In this document: one piece after another, positions 1 through 10,273 of the stretch
Layout: each line of letters opens with the position of its first letter
Position numbering within the stretch: the first letter of the stretch is position 1
From: an uncultured virus (IMG/VR IMGVR_UViG_3300002162_000001)
Lineage: Duplodnaviria; Heunggongvirae; Uroviricota; Caudoviricetes
Strand: one strand, 5' to 3'
IMG/VR virus record: IMGVR_UViG_3300002162_000001
Coordinates: 62,001-121,966 of that record
Length of the DNA: 59,966 bases
Made by a program: the position numbers and the translations under genes
Notes under the pieces: model-generated
The model's input: only the letters and a program-made list of their open reading frames with translations
Told to the model about the DNA's origin: nothing
Database searches by the model: none

Positions 1-449
1 AATTCTCTGTCATTAATATTAAATTTCTTTTTAAATTTTTCTAACTCTTTAATACTATTGACCATACCTTCAATTCTTTGTTTCTGTATTATTTCAAAAT
101 TGTCATTTCTTACTCCAAACTGATTGTTGATAGCTTGTAATATCGTGTCCATCTTCTGAGCGTTCACAAAGCCCACCTTAGACAGTAAATCAATTCTAGG
201 AACTGTTCGTACTTGATTGCAAAGTACCATTGAATCGTGGTCTAAGCCACTCTCTATACCTATATGTATATTTGCAGGGTTTCTATTAAGTGTTGAAGTA
301 ATAGGAACTATATTAATCAAATCACTGTTATCCATACTCTTTTTACAACTTAAAATTATAACTGGGTGCTTACCTTGAAGTAGTTCAAATGCCCCGTGTA
401 ATTCTGCAATAAATATATCTGATCTTCTTACTAATTTATTATCGTTCAT
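1..449 (-). CDS. PemK/MazF-family endoribonuclease toxin, 3' end runs off the window
   Basis: Not in ORF track. Manual translation MNDNKLVRRSDIFIAEL...QGKHPVIILS...LINIVPITS...SGLDHDSMVLCNQVRTVPRIDL matches the PemK/MazF pattern; RBS AGAGGTG upstream. Confidence 0.85.
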   Translation of the reverse strand, partial: MNDNKLVRRSDIFIAELHGAFELLQGKHPVIILSCKKSMDNSDLINIVPITSTLNRNPANIHIGIESGLDHDSMVLCNQVRTVPRIDLLSKVGFVNAQKMDTILQAINNQFGVRNDNFEIIQKQRIEGMVNSIKELEKFKKKFNINDRE

Positions 450-540
450 AACGCACCTCTTTATTATTGTTTGAGGATGACACACATTTGCCATCCATAT
501 ATATAATATTATTTAATATAACGTAATAATACAATATTAT

Positions 541-912
541 TCATTTTGATTTCTTACAATTAAGACAATCCACGCAATGTTTATCACAACAATCTGTACT
601 CATTTTTATGTCGTCGCTATACCAGTCGTACTTTTTTTCATCCTCTTTACTATAAATTTTCACCTCAGCTTCTTTCCTAAACTCACTGAGTACTCTTGCA
701 ATTAATAGTTTATCTGAGGCCACTATATCTTCACCATTTATTTGACATATCGTAGCAACATTGTCTAACTCGTCCATACACATTGTAACCTCTAAGCTTG
801 TCTTATCTATGTTAATAGGCACCACTAGGCATCTATTTGAGTTGTAGTTTTCCCCTTTTACTACAACCAATTTTTCTAACTTATCAAAATCTTTCTTTAA
901 TAATTTTAACAT
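541..912 (-). CDS. hypothetical protein with Cys-rich C-terminus
   Basis: ORF with GGAGGAG RBS; ends CCDKHCVDCLNC. Confidence 0.7.
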   Translation of the reverse strand: MLKLLKKDFDKLEKLVVVKGENYNSNRCLVVPINIDKTSLEVTMCMDELDNVATICQINGEDIVASDKLLIARVLSEFRKEAEVKIYSKEDEKKYDWYSDDIKMSTDCCDKHCVDCLNCKKSK

Positions 913-996
913 TTTATCTCCTCCATAAATCTATTTTAGTTTTATACATTAGTAAAGCCAAGTCCGTTACTGCAACCTGGCTCGTGTCAGATTAAT

Positions 997-1932
997 CTAA
1001 TCTATTGGATACATTTCCCTTGCAATAGTTCTTACCCAATTTATGCTAGTCTTGTTTGTAAGATTATATAATGCAGCTACGGTTTGTGTATCAAATATAT
1101 CAGCATTTTCTGGAGCTAGCAAATAAATCATTCTGCTTCTTGTAATATCCTCTAATGAAAGTCCTTCAATTTTAATTCCTTCACAGATTACTTGTCCATT
1201 TTTGAATAATTTTTGTAATGCTAGATTGGGTTGGTCTAAATATGTTTTTATAGAATCCTTACCTATCTTAGCTGGCTTACATAAATACTCAGAACTCTTA
1301 TATTCTATTTGTCTTCTCTTACCCACTACACTAACGCTTACTATAAATTTTTCTTTCATACAAAGTTTGATGTCTTCAATAATTTCTTGATCATCAATTC
1401 TTACGATTCTATTTTTTAAATGTAATATAGCAACATACAATCCAGTATTATCTTCATTAATTTCAATGTCAGATTCTTTTAATAATCTTATATCATCATT
1501 TGTTAAACTTGACCATGCTAATTCAAATATTATTTTATCTCTTACATTTATTCTCTTGCCATCTTCTTCTATATCTAATTGATTTTTGATATTAAGATAC
1601 TGTGAATAAGTTAATGTCTGATGTAGCAATTCTTCTCTATCTATACATTGCATTGTTACTCCATCATTGACAGCATACTCTCTAAGTGGTAATTTTTCTT
1701 TCTTACATATCATGTTGGCAAACTTTCTTAATACCTGCATTTTTTTATATAAAGAGTTAGGTGATACTGATTTAAATTGTTTTAAGAATGTAACTATCTG
1801 ATCATCTTCCCAATTTAGTAGTTCCACACCTGTAGTTTTCTCTGTCTCTATTATACTTTCTATTATCTGACCCATATTATTGATTTTATCATATATCTCT
1901 AAAAAATTCTTAGCATATTTTACTGTTAGCAT
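997..1932 (-). CDS. MrpR/YopR-like repressor (tyrosine-recombinase fold, degenerate catalytic residues)
   Basis: Core-binding-like N-terminus; RDKIIFELAWSSLTNDDIRLLK lacks the GxR arginine; DITRSRM replaces HxxR; SPbeta-like context. Confidence 0.65.
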   Translation of the reverse strand: MLTVKYAKNFLEIYDKINNMGQIIESIIETEKTTGVELLNWEDDQIVTFLKQFKSVSPNSLYKKMQVLRKFANMICKKEKLPLREYAVNDGVTMQCIDREELLHQTLTYSQYLNIKNQLDIEEDGKRINVRDKIIFELAWSSLTNDDIRLLKESDIEINEDNTGLYVAILHLKNRIVRIDDQEIIEDIKLCMKEKFIVSVSVVGKRRQIEYKSSEYLCKPAKIGKDSIKTYLDQPNLALQKLFKNGQVICEGIKIEGLSLEDITRSRMIYLLAPENADIFDTQTVAALYNLTNKTSINWVRTIAREMYPID

Positions 1933-1951
1933 TTCTCATTACCTCCTGATT

Positions 1952-2530
1952 TTATTTTAGTTTATAATATGTCTTTGGAATTATATCATTCATAATGAAT
2001 GCTTCATCGAATTTGCTAACTGTTACATCTTGTAAATTCTGTCTGTATAATTCATTAATAGATTTATCAGATACTTCTATCAAAGTAAGCATCTTTGTTG
2101 CAGTAAGAATTTCTATAAATTTAGCATTGGATGTTTGAAGTTTATTATTTTCTTCTGCTAATCTATTTTTCTCATTTTCTATTTGTTTATTCTGATATTC
2201 TGCTGTTTCAAGCTGAGATTTTAATACTCTTAATTCATATTCCAAATTCTTTGTTTGATTATCTGTGTCGTCTGATTCTTCATTTAATATTATTGATTTA
2301 GAAACTTTTGTTTGTTCTTCTTTGGTGCCAGCAAATGCTCCAATCAAATTATCAATTGCTTCATCTTTTAATGTGCTGAAATCACCATTCAATATCTTTG
2401 TACTTGTAGGCTTTGCCTTCATTATATCTTCTGTTCTTTGTAATGTCTGTACTATAAGATTAAGTTTTAATTGCGTTCCTAGTTGAGATATCTCTATAAG
2501 CTCTTTTAATAATTCTATTTTTTCTTCCAT
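1952..2530 (-). CDS. hypothetical coiled-coil protein
   Basis: 192-aa ORF, GAGGTG RBS, heptad-rich middle. Confidence 0.7.
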   Translation of the reverse strand: MEEKIELLKELIEISQLGTQLKLNLIVQTLQRTEDIMKAKPTSTKILNGDFSTLKDEAIDNLIGAFAGTKEEQTKVSKSIILNEESDDTDNQTKNLEYELRVLKSQLETAEYQNKQIENEKNRLAEENNKLQTSNAKFIEILTATKMLTLIEVSDKSINELYRQNLQDVTVSKFDEAFIMNDIIPKTYYKLK

Positions 2531-2552
2531 TTATATACACCTCTTAATTATT

Positions 2553-2576
2553 GTACTATTTAGTTTGACTATTGTC
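2553..2576 (-). promoter_or_regulatory. sigma-A type promoter for the 1952-2530/repressor genes (approximate limits)
   Basis: Minus strand TTGACA-17 bp-TACAAT; a variant AATARTATTRT motif abuts the -35. Confidence 0.6.
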
Positions 2577-2619
2577 AATACAATTCTATTTATTATTAAA
2601 AATATTTAAAATATAGTTT

Positions 2620-3570
2620 TTATATGATTGTTGACATAATTGAATTGTCTGCTTGATCCTGTAACTGTTCTTTACTTACCTGAGTGTATAACTGAGTAGT
2701 CCCTATATTGGCATGACCTAATATTACCTGTAGCTTTCTGATATCTGTGCCATTCTGATATTCATTAGTAGCATATGAGTGTCTGAACACATGAACCGCA
2801 ATCCCCTTTTTATGTTCAGGATTAAGTCCAGCCTTTTCTATTGAATTTTTACATACTGCTCGTATTGCAGCAATGCTCATTCTAAATCCTCTTTCACTTA
2901 GAAATAATGCATTCTCATCTTCTTTTATTTTTGCCGTTGGTCTTTGTTTAAGATATTCTTCTAATACGGGAATTACTTTTGCGTTTAAATAAATAGCTCT
3001 TTCTTTATTGCCTTTACCAATTACGGTTAAATCTGTATCATGGACACAGCTTACATCTAGCCATCGTAATTCATTTAATCGTAATCCTGTATTAAGAAAC
3101 AGCATTATTATTGTTTTATCTCTGATTGAATTTCTTGATTCTACATGCTGTAACAATGTCTTACACTCTTCTATCTCAAAATGTTTTGGTATTCTTATTT
3201 CTCTCTTGGGTTTATCATCAATGTCCATATCATCCATAATATTAACAAGCACTATCTTACATCTCTTACAATACTTAAAAAAGCTCTTTAGGGCTGATAT
3301 CTTATTACATTTAGAATTGTTACCATTACCAGTCTTTTTACCGTCTTTATCGGTCTTTAATGATATACTACTTAAAAATCCATCTGTATCTGATAAGGTT
3401 ATTTTCTTAACTATCCTTTTTGTTAAACAAAATTCATCTGGATTAGTATCTTTGAATTGTTTATTCATATACCTTGTAAATAAATTCATTGTATTCTTAT
3501 ATTGTGCAATGGTTCCAGCAGCCTTTCCGCCTCTTCCATTTAAATATTCAAGATATTCATCTAACAACAT
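2620..3570 (-). CDS. XerC/D-type tyrosine recombinase/integrase
   Basis: Full catalytic set: TGLRLNE, GKGNKER, HVFRH, LGH, TTQLY. Confidence 0.93.
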   Translation of the reverse strand: MLLDEYLEYLNGRGGKAAGTIAQYKNTMNLFTRYMNKQFKDTNPDEFCLTKRIVKKITLSDTDGFLSSISLKTDKDGKKTGNGNNSKCNKISALKSFFKYCKRCKIVLVNIMDDMDIDDKPKREIRIPKHFEIEECKTLLQHVESRNSIRDKTIIMLFLNTGLRLNELRWLDVSCVHDTDLTVIGKGNKERAIYLNAKVIPVLEEYLKQRPTAKIKEDENALFLSERGFRMSIAAIRAVCKNSIEKAGLNPEHKKGIAVHVFRHSYATNEYQNGTDIRKLQVILGHANIGTTQLYTQVSKEQLQDQADNSIMSTII

Positions 3571-3736
3571 TATTATTCACTTCCTCTCTTTCTATTTTCA
3601 TAATCTTTTTATAAAGTAATTGGAATCCTTTAAAAATTAACGCTACTGCTAGCCAAGCTACTTTAACCGAATAACACGCTAACATAACTAAGCCATATAC
3701 GGCCATTACTACAAATGTTAACGGATGATCTTCCAT
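3557..3736 (-). CDS. small membrane protein (59 aa)
   Basis: Manual translation MEDHPLTFVVMAVYGLVMLACYSVKVAWLAVALIFKGF...; GGAGG RBS; overlaps the integrase start. Confidence 0.55.
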   Translation of the reverse strand: MEDHPLTFVVMAVYGLVMLACYSVKVAWLAVALIFKGFQLLYKKIMKIEREEVNNNVVR

Positions 3737-3823
3737 AAAATTTTACCTCCTATACATTTTCTATTATAACTCTTTTTTACATTTATATACAATATTATTT
3801 ATTATAATCGTTCGACATATTAT

Positions 3824-4150
3824 TTAAACTCTTGCTACTCTTAATTGATCTAATAAATTCATTATGCTACTTTGTTTTCTAGGCCGCCCTGGTACAAGAT
3901 ATCTTTCATCATGAAATTTAATTTCTAGGAATAAGCCTATCAAATCTTTATGTGTTTTATGCTTATGGATGAATGCACTTCCTAAACTGTTTTGATGATA
4001 TAAAGTTATCTTACTATCTTTATGATCATAGTTTAACACATAGTAAGTATCAATTTTACTTCTTATCTGAATGTATATTCCCAGCTCTGTGAAAGAAAAG
4101 CCATGCAATTTACATAGCCTCTTTAATTCGTCTTTGTTCATTTGCTCCAT
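3824..4150 (-). CDS. hypothetical phage protein
   Basis: ORF with GAAGGA RBS, co-directional with arm. Confidence 0.7.
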   Translation of the reverse strand: MEQMNKDELKRLCKLHGFSFTELGIYIQIRSKIDTYYVLNYDHKDSKITLYHQNSLGSAFIHKHKTHKDLIGLFLEIKFHDERYLVPGRPRKQSSIMNLLDQLRVARV

Positions 4151-4168
4151 TTTATTTATCCTTCTTTC

Positions 4169-4423
4169 TTATTCTAGTCTTTGTTCATAACTATTAATTT
4201 TAAACCTCTCCTGAAGCATCCATGCCATTATGGCTCCAATAATATAACAATCTTCTATCATTATCACCTTAGACAATCTTAACTCAGCAACGACACTGTT
4301 TGCTATACTATCAATTTCTAATTCTCCAATACCATTTAAATATAAATCTTCTAACATAGTTTGATAAGTAAACATATAAACTTTTGTCATTTTATCCTCT
4401 CCAGTTTGTATTTTGTAGAACAA
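4169..4423 (-). CDS. hypothetical protein, start uncertain
   Basis: ORF track; GGAGAGG precedes the internal ATG. Confidence 0.5.
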   Translation of the reverse strand: MFYKIQTGEDKMTKVYMFTYQTMLEDLYLNGIGELEIDSIANSVVAELRLSKVIMIEDCYIIGAIMAWMLQERFKINSYEQRLE

Positions 4424-4768
4424 GTGTTCCCATAAAGATTATACATCCTGTAGTAATAAATTGTCAATGATTCTTAAAATTGTTTGTTATAACTGATTAA
4501 GCGTTACAGATAGAGACACATTCAAGGCCTGTTCTATAGCAGGATAATAAGTAAAACAATTTTATTCCTCTTCCTGATCTTCTTCCGTTTCTTCTTGCTG
4601 CTCTTGTAATTTCTTAGCTCTTGCTTTTCTTCTTTCTTCATTTTCTATCATAGCCATAAAACCAGGATCTAATTCCACGATACCTTACACCCTCTTTATA
4701 ATTAATATGCTCTAGTGAGCTGGAAGAGGCTTTTAAAGGTACCTCTTAGAACTTATCAAATACCTATT

Positions 4769-4972
4769 TTAAGCTAGTTCACGAGCAAAGAGCATTGATA
4801 CATTATACATATAATCCAAGGCCGCTTTATAAATTGCCTCTGTTTCAAAGTTAGCGTCATATATACCTAAACTAACTTCTAAGTCTTCATCGACGTATTG
4901 ATCCTCATTATTTAGATCTTTTATTCCTACACTTGTATATTCTGACTTTACCAATACAATAAATTTTTTCAT
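4769..4972 (-). CDS. hypothetical phage protein
   Basis: ORF with AAGGATGTG RBS. Confidence 0.65.
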   Translation of the reverse strand: MKKFIVLVKSEYTSVGIKDLNNEDQYVDEDLEVSLGIYDANFETEAIYKAALDYMYNVSMLFARELA

Positions 4973-5544
4973 AATTATTTACACATCCTTTTTAAATTAT
5001 TTTCTACCACATAGAAATTTGTCCAGGTCTTAACATCTTCAGCGCAACTCGATATATTCTTAATAGCTTTTCTTTGTCTTCTGGTCAAGCCACATTGATT
5101 AAATATTTTTAACATAACACAACCTCCAATATTATTTAATATTTAATATAATTTCTTTGACTTTTACTTCCTTTCCAAAAACCTGCTGCATAGCCTTAAC
5201 ATATCCTTTGAATTCTTTTATAGTTCCTTTAAATTTTAAAGACATTCTTTCCACCTCCTAGATTTAAAATAGTAGTTTAAGATATTATTTAGTAATCAAT
5301 AATATATCGTGAATAATTTCTTTATATGCTCTTAGTCTCTGGAGTTCTTTGTCTATTGCTTTTCTTTTCTGATCTAATTCTTTAATACTGTATTGTTTCA
5401 TTATTCTTCACCACCTTATAATATTATTTAGTTTAACATTGGTTTTATAAAGCATACAAGCTTCATAGTGTAATAGTTTAGAGTTATTAGTCTATTTGTA
5501 TGCTTAAAAATCAATGGCTCTTATGCTCTATTAAAAGAATAAAT

Positions 5545-5730
5545 TTATATTGATTCCTTACTTATTTCCTGTATATAATGTTGTAAAACTTTTTGTACTC
5601 TGCTAAATGCTTCCACTTGCGTTCTACCATCTTTTGTTTTCTTACATAGGAATTCAAATTGCCACGCTATTTCGATAGCAAATTCAAGAGTAGTTTTGTC
5701 AAGTTGTTTTACCTCAAAACCTTTTTTCAT
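5545..5730 (-). CDS. hypothetical phage protein
   Basis: ORF with GAGG RBS. Confidence 0.6.
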   Translation of the reverse strand: MKKGFEVKQLDKTTLEFAIEIAWQFEFLCKKTKDGRTQVEAFSRVQKVLQHYIQEISKESI

Positions 5731-5785
5731 TTATAAAACCTCTTTCATAATTTATTATTTTCATTCTTATATTAAAAGTTATATT

Positions 5786-6073
5786 TTAAATGAACTTACT
5801 ATTATAAACTTTGTTTAATTGGTTATACATTTCTTCAATAGATATAATTTTATCTATAAACATATTAATAACTAGCACATAAGCTATAAGCATATTTTCA
5901 GTAATACCATAACTGTAAGTTGGTATAGGTAACGATCCAGCGGCAAACATTCTTTGTCCTTCTTTGTAATCTTCAAATACAATATTTTTATTATTCAATG
6001 TATCAGTATGTTTAATTATTGCAAAACTTCCAACACTACAAAATAATACTTCTTGAAATTTTTTATATTCCAT
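5786..6073 (-). CDS. hypothetical phage protein
   Basis: ORF with GAGGTG RBS. Confidence 0.65.
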   Translation of the reverse strand: MEYKKFQEVLFCSVGSFAIIKHTDTLNNKNIVFEDYKEGQRMFAAGSLPIPTYSYGITENMLIAYVLVINMFIDKIISIEEMYNQLNKVYNSKFI

Positions 6074-6097
6074 TTTAATACACCTCTTTCTTAATAT

Positions 6098-6466
6098 TTA
6101 AACTGCTACTGCTATTCCCATAAAAGCATTGCTAACTTCTTCAATCTCTACCCATAGACTAAGATACTTCTTTACCCACGATCCATTATCCCTTTGTATT
6201 TCTGTTAATGCTGAAATAACATAGCCTACCTGAAAAGATTCCTTTGTTTTTGAGTCTCTATACATTATGTCTTTATTTTTTATTGCATTCTTAGATATAT
6301 TTACATAAAATCTTTCTTCAACATCTTCAGCGTAAATTATTAAAGCTTCTTTAACTGTTTCTGCTTCTATATTCATTTGCTTTATATAATCTCTGTCAAT
6401 CCAATATTTACTATCATTTATAGTTGTATCAGTTTTAAATAAAAAATTCTTCATTATTAAAAACAC
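6098..6466 (-). CDS. hypothetical phage protein (true start probably ATG at 6454)
   Basis: ORF; AAGGGATGTG RBS precedes the internal ATG. Confidence 0.7.
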   Translation of the reverse strand: MFLIMKNFLFKTDTTINDSKYWIDRDYIKQMNIEAETVKEALIIYAEDVEERFYVNISKNAIKNKDIMYRDSKTKESFQVGYVISALTEIQRDNGSWVKKYLSLWVEIEEVSNAFMGIAVAV

Positions 6467-6605
6467 ATCCCTTTAATTATAGTAGGCTATAGCCTCTAAA
6501 ATATATCCTTAATACAAATACACCAGGATATATTTTACAAGCTCCTACAAGCTTATAAAATGCATTAGTATATCTCTGTATACTATTAATGCACTATGAT
6601 ATTAT

Positions 6606-6824
6606 TTAATACGGTAGACTATATTCTATAGGATATTTATTAAAATCTGCATACCCTTGGATCTTAGCCTGTGAATAGATATTTTTAATTTGTCTAACTC
6701 TATTTACTCCATCTAAAAATAACATACCGTTTTTATACCAATATTCTTTTAATCCTTTAACACTAGGTTTAACATTTAAGTTCTTACAAGCGAATATATA
6801 CCATTCTCTTACTCTATTATCCAT
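6606..6824 (-). CDS. hypothetical phage protein
   Basis: ORF with GAAGGA RBS. Confidence 0.6.
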   Translation of the reverse strand: MDNRVREWYIFACKNLNVKPSVKGLKEYWYKNGMLFLDGVNRVRQIKNIYSQAKIQGYADFNKYPIEYSLPY

Positions 6825-6868
6825 TTTTTTAATATCCTTCTTTCTTCTATTAAAATCTGATTTTTATA

Positions 6869-7078
6869 TTAATATCTTTGATTTAAATTTAGCTTTATAT
6901 CTAAATTTTTTATTTCATATTCTGCAATTGTTTTAGCTAAAACACTATGCTTTTCTAATAACTTTTCTTGTATATCCAAAAGTTTACTTTTATCATTTTC
7001 ACTTACTAAGTGTTGCTCAATTTCTGTTAACTTGCCACCTATTTTATTAAATTCTCTAATTGTATTATTTATGTCCAT
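6869..7078 (-). CDS. hypothetical phage protein
   Basis: ORF with AAGGAGTG RBS. Confidence 0.6.
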   Translation of the reverse strand: MDINNTIREFNKIGGKLTEIEQHLVSENDKSKLLDIQEKLLEKHSVLAKTIAEYEIKNLDIKLNLNQRY

Positions 7079-7116
7079 TTTTATACACTCCTTTTAAAAT
7101 CATTATTTTAATTACT

Positions 7117-7395
7117 TTACATAGTGCTTATTAAATGATAGGTAAAATATTCACGACTACCATTTCTTTTTAATATTTTACTTACTTCTTTACTACATGT
7201 GCCGTTGTTTATTTGTTCAATTAATGAATAATAATAACCTTCGGTTATTTGATTACTTGTTGACACTGGATATACATCATATTCTTTCATTATTAAAACA
7301 CTTCCTTTTTTAATCTTAACAATAAATTGATATTGTTTTAATAAGTCCATAATTGATATATAAGCTCTAATATTATGGACTTTGAAAACATTCAA
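7117..7395 (-). CDS. hypothetical phage protein, start uncertain
   Basis: ORF track; GGAAGTG precedes an internal ATG. Confidence 0.5.
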   Translation of the reverse strand: MNVFKVHNIRAYISIMDLLKQYQFIVKIKKGSVLIMKEYDVYPVSTSNQITEGYYYSLIEQINNGTCSKEVSKILKRNGSREYFTYHLISTM

Positions 7396-7396
7396 T

Positions 7397-7801
7397 TTAA
7401 AATACTAAACCATCCGTATAATTATTTTCATTAACAAAGAATAGTTTATAGTCTTCTCTTCCTGGTATACTCTTCATATGTTCTTTACAAACTGCTTGTA
7501 AGAATTCCATGGTTGTTCTATTATCTTCACATTTTACGATCCAATCATGATTTACATTAGTTTCAAATTTACATAGTCCTGTATCTGTTAAAGCTTTTAA
7601 TAAATCAGCATCTTTCTGGAATAATATATCACGTTTCATGGGTAGTATTAGTTCTATTCTTTCACATTTTTGCATGTTGTCTTCAACACTTCCTAAGTTA
7701 AACCATTTGCCTACATAATACCTCTTAGCTTCTTTAAATGTTGCATTTATTCCAGTACTTGTGATATCTCCATTTTCATAAAATATTTTAATATCTATCA
7801 T
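7397..7801 (-). CDS. hypothetical phage protein
   Basis: ORF with GGGTGGTG RBS. Confidence 0.7.
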   Translation of the reverse strand: MIDIKIFYENGDITSTGINATFKEAKRYYVGKWFNLGSVEDNMQKCERIELILPMKRDILFQKDADLLKALTDTGLCKFETNVNHDWIVKCEDNRTTMEFLQAVCKEHMKSIPGREDYKLFFVNENNYTDGLVF

Positions 7802-7859
7802 TATTACACCACCCTATATAATATTATTTATTATTCATATGAGATATAAAAGGATTAAA

Positions 7860-8561
7860 TTAACAAGCGTATTTTCCTAGTGTAGTTTCTTTTATACTAT
7901 CTTTCCAATTTTCTGCATCTGTTCTTATTGACCAATGTTTATTATATCCGTTAAAATGTCTTAGTAAGTGCAATAAATTATTGTCTTTATCATCTACCCA
8001 TAAAGAAAAGTTTGGATATTGTTTACTTTCTGATTTTTCTAATTCGTAAAAATGTTTTTGAATTTCTTTTCTTGTGGCTTCTAATTCGATATTATAATGG
8101 AATTCATCACCATAATTAAAAGCTGCATAAGTGTTATAAGTTTCTTTTGTTGTATCTGCAAATACTCTATATCCTGCTAACCATCCTAAAACTTCTATAC
8201 TATCAAAAGAACAATTACAATTTTCATTAACAAATTTTAAAATACCTTTATACGAATATGAAATATTCACGTTTCTTTCATATTCTAAACGTGAATTGTT
8301 TTCATCATCAATTTTACTGTCATTGGTTATATAGTGGTATGAGTCAATAAATCCAATAGCTTCACCTATTACATAATTATTAAATCTATGATATTTTTTA
8401 AAATCATCTTTAGTTTTCTCTATACCTTGAATTTCAAGATATATTTTTTTACCTTCATTGTTTGTAAATGCAGTTCTAATTCTACAATTAGATATATCAC
8501 CTCTACATGTATTTTCACATCCAGCACCTTCAAAATATAACACCTTTAATTCTTTATTCAT
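7860..8561 (-). CDS. hypothetical phage protein
   Basis: 233-aa ORF, AGGAGG RBS, coupled to upstream stop. Confidence 0.8.
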   Translation of the reverse strand: MNKELKVLYFEGAGCENTCRGDISNCRIRTAFTNNEGKKIYLEIQGIEKTKDDFKKYHRFNNYVIGEAIGFIDSYHYITNDSKIDDENNSRLEYERNVNISYSYKGILKFVNENCNCSFDSIEVLGWLAGYRVFADTTKETYNTYAAFNYGDEFHYNIELEATRKEIQKHFYELEKSESKQYPNFSLWVDDKDNNLLHLLRHFNGYNKHWSIRTDAENWKDSIKETTLGKYAC

Positions 8562-8860
8562 TATAATAAACCTCCTTGAATAATATTTTTTAGATCTTCT
8601 TTATCTTTTATATTGCATCTATAAGCACTAAATAAATAATCAATTGTCTTTTCAGTTTTAGCAGTATCAATTGGATTATTGTTAAATTTTCCACTACCGT
8701 TTCCAATGCCTAAATCATATGCAATACTATTACATATATACATAGGGTCACATATACCATTAATATTAAATTTACTGCAAATACTTGTTGATATACTCTT
8801 TAAATTTTCTGGTACTTCATAACCTTTAAAAGCTTCTTTAAAAAATTCTTCATTAATCAT
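8561..8860 (-). CDS. hypothetical phage protein
   Basis: ORF with AAGGAAGTG RBS. Confidence 0.7.
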   Translation of the reverse strand: MINEEFFKEAFKGYEVPENLKSISTSICSKFNINGICDPMYICNSIAYDLGIGNGSGKFNNNPIDTAKTEKTIDYLFSAYRCNIKDKEDLKNIIQGGLL

Positions 8861-9200
8861 TATTAAAGCACTTCCTTTTATTCTTAGTAATAAATACTAT
8901 TTATATTTATTCCTCTATGCAATCAATATTTTAAGCTCTTATGATTGCATATGGTAATAAATATCTATTAAAATAATACTTTTAACTTATTTCAAAATTT
9001 AATAGTTTAGCTTCTTTATTTCGTTTTAAGAACTCTAAATATTTTTTCTCTTCATTTTTAGTCATTCCCATTTTGTCAGTATCTTGTATGAAAAATAATT
9101 CATTATCATTTATACTTATAGTTTTTATTATCATCTCTTTGCACCTCTTTATTAAAAATTTTTTAATTTTACCAGTTTGGATATTTACACTTTAAAAAAT

Positions 9201-9365
9201 TTATAATCCACATTCTTTCTTTGCGTTTATTAAAAGTTCCTCTAAATCGTTAATGCTTAATTCTAGTTGTTTGCCTTCAAATATAATCATATCGTTGTTA
9301 GTATCAACTTTCACATCAAAATCTGGTAAATCACCTTTATAAAAATTACCTATATTTTTTAACAT
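9201..9365 (-). CDS. small hypothetical protein (54 aa)
   Basis: Manual translation MLKNIGNFYKGDLPDFDVKV...; GAGGTG RBS. Confidence 0.5.
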   Translation of the reverse strand: MLKNIGNFYKGDLPDFDVKVDTNNDMIIFEGKQLELSINDLEELLINAKKECGL

Positions 9366-9504
9366 TATTAGTCACCTCTTTAATTAAAATATTATATATT
9401 GGTGCATCTCGTACACCTCTTAATATATAACTTACTACCTAACAAGCTATAATCTAGCTTGTTAACGCTCTATGCTTAAAGCTCTTTTAAAGTCTCATAG
9501 AAGA

Positions 9505-9900
9505 CTATTGAATATTTAAGATTGTATAATCATAATCCTTTAAGTGTGTATAATTTATTCTTATAAAGTCATTCATACCATTAATTAATTGTTTTCTTTG
9601 TGCATAGTAATTATAAGCTTGTAAGGTATTCTCTTTAGTATCTAAAGTTATTAGAATATAAGGTGTAATTGTTTCAAGTTCCATCTTAATATTTAAATCT
9701 GTTAAATAATCCATCTCTTTTATATCCTTCTTAAAGTTGGCAATTAGTTGAACTTTTAAAGCTTGAACTATATTCTTATATACCTTAGTCAATGCTTTTT
9801 TAGTTGGTATTTCTAAAAGTTCTTTATTCCTGAAAATTTCAGTTTTAGCATTGTTTGATTGAAAGTTAGATATTAATAAATCATATTTCATTATTTGCAC
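9505..9900 (-). CDS. hypothetical phage protein
   Basis: ORF; AAGGATGTG RBS suggests start at ATG 9891. Confidence 0.65.
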   Translation of the reverse strand: MQIMKYDLLISNFQSNNAKTEIFRNKELLEIPTKKALTKVYKNIVQALKVQLIANFKKDIKEMDYLTDLNIKMELETITPYILITLDTKENTLQAYNYYAQRKQLINGMNDFIRINYTHLKDYDYTILNIQ

Positions 9901-9934
9901 ATCCTTTTAATTTAATTTTGTACAATACTATTTA

Positions 9935-10186
9935 TTATGCAATTACTAGGTTATTTTGGTTATATACTCCATAACCCTCTATACTATCAATATTAATATT
10001 TATTGTATTGATATCTTTTAAACAACTCATAATATATTTTAGTGTTGTATGTTGAACTTTAAAACCACATCTTTTTAAATAATAAGTATTCATAACATGA
10101 TAAACAGTAATTTGATTATTAGATATTTTAAAAGTAATACAAGTGTTAAATTGTTTTAAAATAGCTTGAATTTTATTTTTTAACAT
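9935..10186 (-). CDS. hypothetical phage protein directly downstream of the twister ribozyme
   Basis: ORF with AAGGAAGTG RBS. Confidence 0.6.
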   Translation of the reverse strand: MLKNKIQAILKQFNTCITFKISNNQITVYHVMNTYYLKRCGFKVQHTTLKYIMSCLKDINTININIDSIEGYGVYNQNNLVIA

Positions 10187-10214
10187 TTTGCTGCACTTCC
10201 TTAATTTTAAATTT

Positions 10215-10273
10215 TTATTCTCTACTCTGTATTAATCGGACTTGTAACCGAACTTTGTTACATTAAAGAATAA
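10215..10273 (-). ncRNA. twister self-cleaving ribozyme (type P1)
   Basis: Minus strand AUUCUU-UAA-UGUA-AC-AAAGU-UCGG-UUACAAGU-CCGA-UUAA-UACA-GAGUA-GAGAAU: P1, P2, P4 and both pseudoknots (UAC/GUA, AC/GU) present, conserved U^A site at 10265/10264. Confidence 0.88.
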
